IMG/VR virus record: IMGVR_UViG_3300035191_000049
Length of the DNA: 18,800 nucleotides
Reading direction: 5' to 3' (one strand)
From: a virus
This document shows, piece by piece, positions 1 to 6,171 of the stretch. Position numbers and translations under genes: made by a program. The number at the start of each line of letters is the position of its first letter. Position 1 is the stretch's first letter. The notes beneath the pieces were generated by a model. That model did not search any database. It saw only the letters and a program-made list of their open reading frames with translations, and was not told where the DNA came from.

Positions 1-323
1 CGCCATCCTCGCTAACCCGATAACCACGAGCAAACGCAGCACATACTGCACGGGCTCTTTTTGAACGATAACCTGAAGACACAGTTACACCCCTTTTGAA
101 AAAATGATTCCATCCGACAAATGGGCAAGAGATAGCACACGGCGCCCCGTTTCGGCCTCCGTACACCGCTCCTCCGAAGAGGGTTACGGCACTGGGAACG
201 CAGCCACCGCTTTCGTTGTGACCGCTGTCGCTGAGTGCCTGCCAGCGTCTTTTTACAGCAAGCAACATCGCTACCTTAGGACCGTTAGTTGATGTAATCC
301 CTCTGGCATTCGGATCGAATCGG

Positions 324-396
324 TCGGAGTGACTGGACTTGAACCAGCAACCTCCAGCTCCCAAAGCTGGCGCGCTACCACTTGCGCAACACCCCG
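324..396 (-). tRNA. tRNA-Pro (anticodon TGG)
   Basis: Hand-folded cloverleaf on the minus strand. Acceptor CGGGGTG/CACTCCG with one G-U pair. D-arm GCGC-AAGTGGTA-GCGC. Anticodon stem CCAGC/GCTGG with loop TTTGGGA. T-arm GCTGG-TTCAAGT-CCAGT. No CCA is encoded. Confidence 0.75.
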
Positions 397-397
397 A

Positions 398-474
398 TGG
401 TCGGGCTGGTGGGAGTCGAACCCACACTACTCCGCGTCCCGAACGCGGCGGCTTACCATCAAGCCCTCAGCCCG
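398..474 (-). tRNA. tRNA-Pro (anticodon CGG), CCA encoded
   Basis: Acceptor CGGGCTG/CAGCCCG followed by a discriminator and CCA. D-arm GGCT-TGATGGTA-AGCC. Anticodon stem CCGCG/CGCGG with loop TTCGGGA. T-arm GTGGG-TTCGACT-CCCAC. The variable loop has 6 nt. Confidence 0.7.
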
Positions 475-538
475 TGTTTGGGGATGATTATTGAGTGCCG
501 TCCCCGAACACTTTTTCCACAAGCTGCCAACCCATGGG

Positions 539-641
539 TGGACCTGGCGGGAATCGAACCCGCGTCCACGCACAGTCCATTCGTAGGCTCTACGTGCGTA
601 GCCCTGCTTCAATACGACCGGTAGACCAGCAAGGCAGGTCG
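539..641 (-). tRNA. tRNA-like element, atypical (about 103 nt): canonical T-arm and 6/7-bp acceptor pairing but an unresolved, over-long body
   Basis: A perfect T-arm (GCGGG-TTCGATT-CCCGC) sits at 547-563 next to the acceptor 3' strand at 540-546. The only complementary 5' acceptor strand lies at 635-641, with a C-C mismatch at 1-72. The roughly 70 nt in between contain several hairpins (CGTAG/CTACG and CCTGC/GCAGG) but no clean D-arm or anticodon-arm solution. Confidence 0.3.
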
Positions 642-949
642 TACCCGGAAGATGTCCACTCTCTATCTCGTCAGCCCCGAGCGAGCGGAGACTTGAAAGC
701 TGACCAGCCACTAAATGACGTCCCATCCCGAGTCGCGGCACCTCAGGTGGAACGGAAGCTTACGCCGCCCTCGCGAGCGGTGCTTCATGGTAGTTATCGG
801 TGTTGACAACTGATTTTTTGCCTCCCGTTTTGACGGGCAAGGAGACATCTCCGGCACGCTCCTACGTACTTCATGTACCTGTCGAAACCAAATCAGGCCC
901 ATGCGGGCCACCCCTGCGTCCTCCTTGCGAAGGATAGCTGGGAGCCCTA

Positions 950-1036
950 CGGCAGAGGGGAGAATCGAACTCCATCCCTTTTACAGGACCATCCGATTAG
1001 CAGTCGGCGACGGGTCCATACCCGCTTCTCTCTGCC
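950..1036 (-). tRNA. tRNA-Ser (anticodon GCT), type II with long variable arm
   Basis: Acceptor GGCAGAG/CTCTGCC pairs 7/7. T-arm GGAG-TTCGATT-CTCC. Anticodon stem CCGA/TCGG with loop CTGCTAA. Length is 87 nt with an extra arm. The D region (CGGG-TATGGA-CCCG) is not fully resolved. Confidence 0.6.
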
Positions 1037-1037
1037 A

Positions 1038-1127
1038 CGGAAGGAGGAGGACTTGAACCCCACCCGCCTCTTCAGCGAGCGCACTGTTTTCGAAACAGGC
1101 TCGTCAACCCTGGACGATTCCCCTTCC
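1038..1127 (-). tRNA. tRNA-Ser (anticodon CGA), type II
   Basis: Acceptor GGAAGGG/TCCTTCC with one G-U pair. T-arm with loop TTCAAGT. Anticodon stem CTGT/ACAG with loop TTCGAAA. D stem CGTC/GACG. Length is 90 nt. Confidence 0.55.
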
Positions 1128-1132
1128 AACAG

Positions 1133-1217
1133 CGGAAGCCGAGGGACTTGAACCCCACCCCTTTTGAGAGCGCACCGCTTTCCAAGCGGGCATGGCACCC
1201 TGGCCATTTCAGCTTCC
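1133..1217 (-). tRNA. tRNA-Ser (anticodon GGA), type II
   Basis: Acceptor GGAAGCT/GGCTTCC with one G-U pair. The T-arm TTCAAGT motif is identical to the neighbouring Ser gene. Anticodon stem CCGC/GCGG with loop TTGGAAA. Length is 85 nt. Confidence 0.55.
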
Positions 1218-1381
1218 AGGCGCCCCTCCAATGAGCGCTCAGAGGAGGGACTTTCGCCACCGTTACCAGCGACAGGACAGGAACATGCTGCCCAAGGCCC
1301 ACGGCTTGCCGTGGGGGATGAAGCTAGGGGCCGAAATTCGGTCCCCTGCACCCGGTTGCCGAAGCTTCCGGGGGGATAGGG

Positions 1382-1463
1382 CGGAGGGTGTACGAGTCGA
1401 ACGCGCCCCGTCAAGGGTCATCGGTGTTCAAAACCGCGCCGGCACCACTGCCGCTCACCCTCC
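1382..1463 (-). tRNA. tRNA-Ser (anticodon TGA), type II
   Basis: Acceptor GGAGGGT/ACCCTCC pairs 7/7. D-arm CGG-CAGTGGTG-CCG. Anticodon stem CGGT/ACCG with loop TTTGAAC. Variable arm of 15 nt. T-arm GCGCG-TTCGACT-CGTAC. Confidence 0.65.
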
Positions 1464-1466
1464 ATG

Positions 1467-1538
1467 CGGTACCGACGGGAGTCGAACCCGCTTTCTCCTG
1501 GTCGACAGCCAGGTGTCCTACCGTTGGACCTCGGTACC
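1467..1538 (-). tRNA. tRNA-Asp (anticodon GTC)
   Basis: Acceptor GGTACCG/CGGTACC pairs 7/7. D-arm GTCC-AACGGTA-GGAC. Anticodon stem CCTGG/CCAGG with loop CTGTCGA. T-arm with loop TTCGACT. Confidence 0.75.
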
Positions 1539-1963
1539 TAGTGAACATAGCCTTTTCCAACCGGCTCGACCACCGACTGAAAAAGCTTTTCGATCGCGAC
1601 GTCGAGGTTGACGCCGTCTTTGGGACGAGCCATCGCCTTGGGTGAGTCGATTCGGATCGCACAGGTGTAGAGCTTCGCGAGCTGCATCCAGAAGACTGCC
1701 TCCCATGGAGGAACATCCTCGTCCAGATAGGGGACACGATGCCCCGCTGCGTAGGTCCGAATCTGACCCGAGACGATGCTGATGAAGGCGTGGTTTGGAA
1801 CCACTCCGAACGGAATCGACTCTTCCGTCCTGAGGACGCGAATCGCCCAGCGCTCTTCGTCACGGTCAAAGATGACGACACCGACGGGTGCCGCCGCGTT
1901 GTGCTCCGGCCTGTACATCTGACGAATGATGACGTAGCCGAAGTCCAGGTCTTCCAAAGCCAT
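1538..1963 (-). CDS. hypothetical protein (141 aa) embedded in the tRNA array
   Basis: ORF-track ORF 1538..2101, trimmed to the internal Met (MALEDLDFGYVIIRQMYRPEH...) because tRNA-Phe occupies 1975-2049. The composition looks protein-like. I recognised no family. Confidence 0.45.
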   Translation of the reverse strand: MALEDLDFGYVIIRQMYRPEHNAAAPVGVVIFDRDEERWAIRVLRTEESIPFGVVPNHAFISIVSGQIRTYAAGHRVPYLDEDVPPWEAVFWMQLAKLYTCAIRIDSPKAMARPKDGVNLDVAIEKLFQSVVEPVGKGYVH

Positions 1964-1974
1964 GTCATTCCCCC

Positions 1975-2049
1975 TGGTGGGCCAGATCGGAATCGAACCG
2001 ATATCTGCCGCATTTTCAGTGCGGGCTCTTACCAATTGAGTACTGACCC
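1975..2049 (-). tRNA. tRNA-Phe (anticodon GAA), CCA encoded
   Basis: Acceptor GGGTCAG/CTGGCCC with one G-U pair, followed by ACCA. D-arm CTCA-ATTGGTA-AGAG. Anticodon stem CCGCA/TGCGG with loop CTGAAAA, matching the canonical Phe loop. T-arm ATCGG-TTCGATT-CCGAT. Confidence 0.8.
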
Positions 2050-2138
2050 AAAAGAGTGGTGAATCACCTTGCTTCCTTCCGGACCTGGGGCAACTCACCA
2101 CCCCACAAAAAGGGGGTCAGCATGGCTGGCGACCATAC

Positions 2139-2213
2139 TGGCACCGGCAACAGGACTTGAACCTGTATTCACGGCTTCAAAGGCCGTTGTCCTACCGATT
2201 GGACGATACCGGT
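2139..2213 (-). tRNA. tRNA-Gln (anticodon TTG), CCA encoded
   Basis: Acceptor ACCGGTA/TGCCGGT with one U-G pair, followed by GCCA. U8 is present. D-arm GTCC-AATCGGTA-GGAC. Anticodon stem ACGGC/GCCGT with loop CTTTGAA. T-arm ACAGG-TTCAAGT-CCTGT, perfect. Confidence 0.8.
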
Positions 2214-2467
2214 ATTCCACCCCAGCTCACTCTCCCGATCGACGCCGTTTGGACCACCTGCTCCTCCAGACGCAAGATGGCCACCAAGCGCCTGAATTCA
2301 ACGCAGGTCGGGGCGGTACCTTCCCCGAATCTCACACGACTGGTGTGCGTCTTGTGTCGAGCGGCAACTGCTCCGTATCCTCGGTGAGCCGATCGGGCGT
2401 TTCCCAGAGACGACTGCAGTCGTTGATCTCAATCGACCTACTCCAGGTTGCCGAAACGGAGCTGAGG

Positions 2468-2543
2468 TGGCTGGGGTGGAGAGGCTCGAACTCCCGACAA
2501 CCTGGGCCAGAACCAGGTGCTCTTCCAACTGAGCTACACCCCA
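2468..2543 (-). tRNA. tRNA-Gln (anticodon CTG), CCA encoded
   Basis: Acceptor TGGGGTG/CACCCCA pairs 7/7, followed by GCCA. U8 is present. D-arm GCTC-AGTTGGAA-GAGC. Anticodon stem CCTGG/CCAGG with loop TTCTGGC. T-arm with loop TTCGAGC. Confidence 0.8.
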
Positions 2544-2550
2544 AGGGTAG

Positions 2551-2624
2551 CGGGCCAGGAGGGAATTGAACCCCCATCTCCAGGTTAACAGCCTGGCGCT
2601 AAAACCAGTATCAGCTACTGACCC
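2551..2624 (-). tRNA. tRNA-Asn (anticodon GTT)
   Basis: Acceptor GGGTCAG/CTGGCCC, the same acceptor as tRNA-Phe. U8 is present. D stem GCTG/TAGC. Anticodon stem CCAGG/CCTGG with loop CTGTTAA, matching the canonical Asn loop. T-arm with loop TTCAATT. Confidence 0.75.
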
Positions 2625-2629
2625 ACGAT

Positions 2630-2655
2630 CCGGCGCCCCAGCAAGGGGGCGCCGG
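2630..2655. other. perfect 10-bp GC hairpin (CCGGCGCCCC-AGCAAG-GGGGCGCCGG) between tRNA-Asn and tRNA-Lys
   Basis: Read directly from the sequence. No flanking U-run on either strand, so it is not a classical intrinsic terminator. It may be a processing or structural element within the tRNA transcript. Confidence 0.5.
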
Positions 2656-2721
2656 TAATTGATGCCTGATTGTCAAAGATCAACGTGGCCGTCACCACTG
2701 GACCGACGTTGTCCAATTTAG

Positions 2722-2796
2722 CCGGGGCGAGAGGATTCGAACCTCCGACCAAGTGATTAAGAGTCACCCACTCTAGCCAGACTGAGTTACGCCCCG
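2722..2796 (-). tRNA. tRNA-Lys (anticodon CTT)
   Basis: Acceptor CGGGGCG/CGCCCCG pairs 7/7. U8 is present. D-arm ACTC-AGTCTGGCTA-GAGT. Anticodon stem with a G-U closing pair and loop CTCTTAA. T-arm AGAGG-TTCGAAT-CCTCC. Confidence 0.75.
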
Positions 2797-2809
2797 AAAA
2801 CGTTATTTT

Positions 2810-2881
2810 GTGGGTCCACTGAGATTCGAACTCAGACCGCCTGATTAAAAGTCAGGAGCGCTACCCTTACGCTCATGGACC
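2810..2881 (-). tRNA. tRNA-Lys (anticodon TTT)
   Basis: Acceptor GGGTCCA/TGGACCC pairs 7/7. Anticodon stem CCTGA/TCAGG with loop CTTTTAA, matching the canonical Lys loop. T-arm CTGAG-TTCGAAT-CTCAG, perfect. The D region (GCG...CGC) is less clean. Confidence 0.75.
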
Positions 2882-2904
2882 CTGCTTTCTCCTCCAAAAA
2901 CGTC

Positions 2905-2939
2905 AAAAGCCGCCTCGGTTGACCCGGGGCGGCTTTTTT
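2905..2939. terminator. bidirectional rho-independent terminator (AAAA-GCCGCCTCGG-TTGAC-CCGGGGCGGC-TTTTTT)
   Basis: A 10-bp GC-rich stem (one G-U pair) with a 5-nt loop. A T6 run follows it on the plus strand. On the minus strand TTTTGACGTTTTT follows it. It sits between the 50-aa ORF and tRNA-Lys(TTT). Confidence 0.75.
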
Positions 2940-2959
2940 CGCGTCATATGCGCTTCAGC

Positions 2960-3112
2960 CTACCCCGGGGGACCCTCCTGAAGCGCGACGTTGGTATCAA
3001 TGGCAAATGGCGTACAGGAGGGCCGTTCCAAGCATGACGGGTGATTCAACGACCACCCGCTACGCTTGAGCAGCTCCCTTGTTGTCAGATAGCTTTTGCC
3101 GCCTTTTTCCAT
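2960..3112 (-). CDS. small ORF (50 aa, MEKGGKSYLTTRELLKRSGWSLNHPS...), possible HTH-like regulator, or else the body of an sRNA
   Basis: It lies entirely between the predicted promoter (3165-3192) and the terminator (2905-2939). An AGGA motif precedes the ATG but with only 2 nt of spacing. The LTTRELLKRSGWS segment resembles a helix-turn-helix turn. It is below the 60-aa cutoff of the ORF track. Confidence 0.3.
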   Translation of the reverse strand: MEKGGKSYLTTRELLKRSGWSLNHPSCLERPSCTPFAIDTNVALQEGPPG

Positions 3113-3163
3113 GATCCTGGTTTCTGTTTCGATACTCTCCGGGCCTTTCTCTAGCCCATGTAA

Positions 3164-3175
3164 AGTAGCATATGC
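3164..3175. promoter_or_regulatory. perfect 12-bp palindrome TAGCATATGCTA (copy 1), operator-like
   Basis: The identical 12-mer recurs at 16451-16462, also inside a minus-strand promoter. A chance recurrence of a 12-mer within 18.8 kb is very unlikely. Confidence 0.55.
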
Positions 3176-3192
3176 TATCCACAGAGCGTGTC
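3165..3192 (-). promoter_or_regulatory. sigma70-like promoter on the minus strand: -35 TTGACA (3187-3192), 16-nt spacer, -10 TATGCT (3165-3170)
   Basis: The hexamers were read from the reverse complement. The -10 lies inside the palindrome TAGCATATGCTA (3164-3175). The predicted TSS is near 3157 and would drive the 50-aa ORF/sRNA unit, with possible read-through into the tRNA array. Confidence 0.45.
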
Positions 3193-3225
3193 AACAAGAA
3201 AATGCTTGACAGCCCAAACTTTTTC

Positions 3226-3615
3226 CTATGCGGCCGTTTTCTTTGAGGGTTTTTTCTGACTGTTCAGCAGCTCAACAGTCGCAACGTACTCTCTCTCGAA
3301 GTCCTCAGGACTAAGAACCCAAGCGATCTCCATATCATGCAAGAGATACCCCCCCTCGGGGACATCATGAGCAGCGCAGCCGTCACCCTCTGGGACACCC
3401 AGGAGTCTTAAAGGGATATCCATCTTAAAGGCGCGCACCGACTCTCCCGTTTTCCTGGAGACGTACCAGGACCAGGGCAGCTCTTCAAAAACCATCGGCT
3501 CCTGCCGATAGTTGCGATTTTCCAGCGGAACCGACTCAGGCTCCGTGTACTCTCGACGCCCGTCGTAGACAGTCAAGCCGAAGAGCCTTCTGAATGACAT
3601 TCCAAGCTCGTACAT
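3226..3615 (-). CDS. hypothetical protein (129 aa)
   Basis: ORF-track ORF. Its start lies 1 nt after the stop of the methyltransferase gene. No motif recognised. Confidence 0.5.
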   Translation of the reverse strand: MYELGMSFRRLFGLTVYDGRREYTEPESVPLENRNYRQEPMVFEELPWSWYVSRKTGESVRAFKMDIPLRLLGVPEGDGCAAHDVPEGGYLLHDMEIAWVLSPEDFEREYVATVELLNSQKKPSKKTAA

Positions 3616-3616
3616 A

Positions 3617-4309
3617 TCAGAACCCCGTTTCCATTGCCTCTCGACTCTGCTTCCTAAATCTCACAACAAACTGCAATCCGGCTTTATCGATTGGCTGCCT
3701 GGTGTACGCTTTCAGGTATGTCGAGCATACAAATTCAACTGCCAAGCCAAGCTTCCTTGCCAGCGACACGAAAAACCCCGCGGGGAACCTTGCCCCGTTG
3801 AGTTCCCCGTCTCTCCAGGGATGCATTCCACTGGTTGTGTGCTCACCGTTCAACGACTCGTTGTAAGTAGAGAAGTAAACTCCATTTTCAGCCATACGAC
3901 CAAACACAGCGCCCAGGCATGCTTCAACCTGAGAGGGCGTCATATGCGTCATGACCGAGTGAGACCAGGCGAAGTCAAACCGAATCCCCTCGGGCAACAA
4001 AGAAAGATCAAAATCCGTCGACTGAAAAAGAGTAGCTTTCTTATCAACCAGGCCCTGAAGGACGATCTCTTCGCGAGCTGCAGACAGGACGTGTTCGTTG
4101 TGATCAAGGCCAAAATAGTGTCCAGGCTCCAAGTAGTCGATGAAAAAACGTCCAGCCCGCAGTGCCCCACAGCCCACCTCAAGCATGTAGTGGGAAGGAA
4201 CAAGACCATGAGCTTTGGCAAATTCAAATAGAAGCTCTCCATCCTCCCAGGTTTCACAGCCGTGGATTTCTTTTGTACGCCACCACTTATCGCTCGTCGG
4301 CTTAGTCAT
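3617..4309 (-). CDS. class I SAM-dependent methyltransferase
   Basis: Rossmann motif I YMLEVGCGALRAG followed by an acidic residue. A GAGGGG Shine-Dalgarno site lies about 9 nt upstream. This segment has lower GC (about 50%) than the rest of the window. Confidence 0.65.
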   Translation of the reverse strand: MTKPTSDKWWRTKEIHGCETWEDGELLFEFAKAHGLVPSHYMLEVGCGALRAGRFFIDYLEPGHYFGLDHNEHVLSAAREEIVLQGLVDKKATLFQSTDFDLSLLPEGIRFDFAWSHSVMTHMTPSQVEACLGAVFGRMAENGVYFSTYNESLNGEHTTSGMHPWRDGELNGARFPAGFFVSLARKLGLAVEFVCSTYLKAYTRQPIDKAGLQFVVRFRKQSREAMETGF

Positions 4310-4381
4310 TAACTCAAACCCCTCAGCAACCCAACGCGGTTAGTGCCTGCCAAATGACAAGACTTACCAAAATCCCAATAA

Positions 4382-4618
4382 TCACCGCGAGGATAGACCC
4401 CAATCGTCCCTCACCCCCTCCACCTCTGCCCCGGTACATACCACCCTCGCCACAAAGACCATCACCATCCAGGTAAAAATGATCACTGCTAGCCACAGTA
4501 AAAATCCCAGAGTAGCGCTCCGGACCAACTCCAAAGCACCCTCCTTCTTTCTCTGTTGCATGATGCTCGTGTTTAGCACGTTCATCCTGCAGAAGTCATG
4601 TTCGCTGCGTTTAGCCAA
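4382..4618 (-). CDS. small membrane protein (one TM helix, LGFLLWLAVIIFTWMVMVFVA)
   Basis: ORF-track ORF with a hydrophobic core. The true start may be the internal Met at 4585. Confidence 0.35.
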   Translation of the reverse strand: MAKRSEHDFCRMNVLNTSIMQQRKKEGALELVRSATLGFLLWLAVIIFTWMVMVFVARVVCTGAEVEGVRDDWGLSSR

Positions 4619-5312
4619 CTCTCAGCTTTGCCACACCCCAAGCGTGGTCGTAAATGTGCATCCCCTTGCAACTCCAGATGATTTCACCGGCCGTGACGGT
4701 AACGTCATCAGTACTGATGCACTCGGCCATATACTCCTGCATGAGCCTCACAGCGGCGATATTCGCCGGGAAGCCGTTCCAGAGGTCATTCGACCTGATG
4801 TAGACGAAGAAGTGCAACTCGGGCTCTTCTCCCTCTCGGAGCCCTGATGGGGAGAAAATTCTGGTGTCAATTTGTCGCAGACAGGGCGGGTCATCCAGCG
4901 TTATGTCTTCAGGACGGGCGACAGCAATGCACTCCTGGTTGGAGCCGAAACCGTTTCTGCGGTAGCGGTTGATGATGGCCTCCATCTGGGGAGCCACTCG
5001 CTCGCCATAGGTGTACAGCTCATTTTCCTTGAGAGGCTGGTCTGTCATTAAATAGGGAAGGTACTCCTCTATATATTCCATGGTCGTTGGAGGAGGCACG
5101 TGTGAGAGGTGCTGAGGCATCTCAGGAACGAGGGGGCGCACGCCTGGGTGGGTGACCCGTATCTCCACCCAGTCAAGCTCCCAGCGCTTCTGGCCCTCAT
5201 AGGAACCATGATCAACGACCCACTGTCGCCCATGGGTAAGAACTGCATCGACGGTTTGAAACCAGGCATCGGGCAGGTCCCTGGCTTTGATGTGAATTGG
5301 CTTCAAGGACAT
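4611..5312 (-). CDS. thymidylate synthase-fold enzyme (ThyA/dUMP hydroxymethylase family), divergent
   Basis: Aligns by eye to ThyA core motifs: YTYGERV (compare pVYGkQWR), DDPPCL (catalytic Cys of LAPCH), FVYIRSNDLWNGFPANIAA (compare QLYQRSCDVFLGLPFNIAS, Asn retained), and IIWSCKGMHIYDHAW (compare fVWTGGDTHLYSNH). The ATG at 5312 overlaps the upstream stop as TGATG. Confidence 0.75.
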   Translation of the reverse strand: MSLKPIHIKARDLPDAWFQTVDAVLTHGRQWVVDHGSYEGQKRWELDWVEIRVTHPGVRPLVPEMPQHLSHVPPPTTMEYIEEYLPYLMTDQPLKENELYTYGERVAPQMEAIINRYRRNGFGSNQECIAVARPEDITLDDPPCLRQIDTRIFSPSGLREGEEPELHFFVYIRSNDLWNGFPANIAAVRLMQEYMAECISTDDVTVTAGEIIWSCKGMHIYDHAWGVAKLRVG

Positions 5313-5533
5313 CAACTTTTCTCCTGGGGTCCTACCCCAGCGAGTGGCATCACGTCGATGTACAACCCACGCCAGCCACCTTCAAGCATTTGTCGAACAA
5401 AATAAACGTCCTGAGGATTACCTATCCATACAAAAACCTTCTTGCCGCCGTAAGCCACTCGGACGTCCTTTATCCCATGCACCTTGGTGAGGTGCCCATA
5501 CACAGCTTCAACGATCCCGTCGAAGCGCCTCAT
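5312..5533 (-). CDS. hypothetical protein (73 aa)
   Basis: ORF-track ORF. It is coupled by ATGA and TGATG overlaps to both neighbouring genes. Confidence 0.45.
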   Translation of the reverse strand: MRRFDGIVEAVYGHLTKVHGIKDVRVAYGGKKVFVWIGNPQDVYFVRQMLEGGWRGLYIDVMPLAGVGPQEKS

Positions 5534-6171
5534 GCTTCAGAAACAATGTTTCCTTCGCTGAGCTTCATCACCAGATCGTACTCCGACAGGTCGTCAGGAG
5601 ACGCAATCGCCACTCCATCGCCAACTCGGACGATCGGTATCCACGAAGCACAGCAACCACAGACGATCCGGAGCTGGTCACGGTCGTCACCCTCGAAGTT
5701 GTCGTCCTTTAGACGGGCGAACGTAATGTTTCCAGAGAATCTCGGGTTGTCGTCGTTTCCACCCATTGCGTCGCCACAGACAGGACATGGGCTGTCGAGA
5801 ATGCCGTTTTTAATGAGGTCCGCGATCATCTCCCAGGCCCGACGATCCACGACTAGGTTTGTCGCGAAGAGTGTGTGAGAGTGGAGCCTGTGAGCCTCCT
5901 CGATGGTCATTACATCTGTGGAGAGCGGGGCAAGCTTTGCGAGCTGTTTATGCAACCAACAATGCTGCCCCAGCGCAAGGTCCAACTCACCAACCAAGCG
6001 ATAGGACATGCTTCTTTCACTGAGCTTTTGAAAACAATCAGCGCAGAAACCGATAGGCCTCTCATGATCCGCATAGACGACAGTGACTCTCTCCCAAGGA
6101 GGCTCTTTTTCGCAATCTCGCTGCAAACCACACCCAAGGCAACGCTCCAATATTCGGACAACTTTCGGCAT
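5530..6171 (-). CDS. Cys-rich (Zn-ribbon-like) hypothetical protein
   Basis: Multiple CxxC pairs (CLGCG, CADC, CPVCGD, CGCC). A strong AGGAGG Shine-Dalgarno site precedes it. Confidence 0.55.
   Translation of the reverse strand: MPKVVRILERCLGCGLQRDCEKEPPWERVTVVYADHERPIGFCADCFQKLSERSMSYRLVGELDLALGQHCWLHKQLAKLAPLSTDVMTIEEAHRLHSHTLFATNLVVDRRAWEMIADLIKNGILDSPCPVCGDAMGGNDDNPRFSGNITFARLKDDNFEGDDRDQLRIVCGCCASWIPIVRVGDGVAIASPDDLSEYDLVMKLSEGNIVSEA

Noticed and set aside
104-292. 62-aa plus-strand ORF at the left edge
   Set aside because: No Shine-Dalgarno site, no recognisable motif, and it is isolated on the otherwise non-coding strand. Likely spurious.
686-705. T-loop-like sequence GGAGACTTGAAAGCTGACC
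   Set aside because: The flanking bases do not form a T-stem, and position 53 would not be G. No acceptor pairing found.
804-835. Plus-strand TTGACA hexamer followed by a CCCG-TTTTGA-CGGG hairpin
   Set aside because: No acceptable -10 follows at 16-18 nt. The hairpin lacks a trailing U-run on either strand, so it is neither a promoter nor a terminator.
427-911. ORFs 427..741 (-), 495..806 (+) and 711..911 (-) within the tRNA array
   Set aside because: They overlap the hand-folded tRNA genes or the hairpin-rich spacers. Their composition is Arg/Pro/Ser-rich and looks non-coding.
1411-2013. 200-aa minus-strand ORF overlapping the tRNA-Ser, tRNA-Asp and hypothetical-protein region
   Set aside because: The frame is Ser/Thr/Arg-rich and low-complexity. 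It overlaps two tRNAs and is a different frame from the more protein-like 1538..1963 ORF.
2050-2138. Hairpin ACCCC-ACAAAAA-GGGGT, considered as a possible anticodon arm of an additional tRNA
   Set aside because: No adjacent T-arm or acceptor stem could be built around it.
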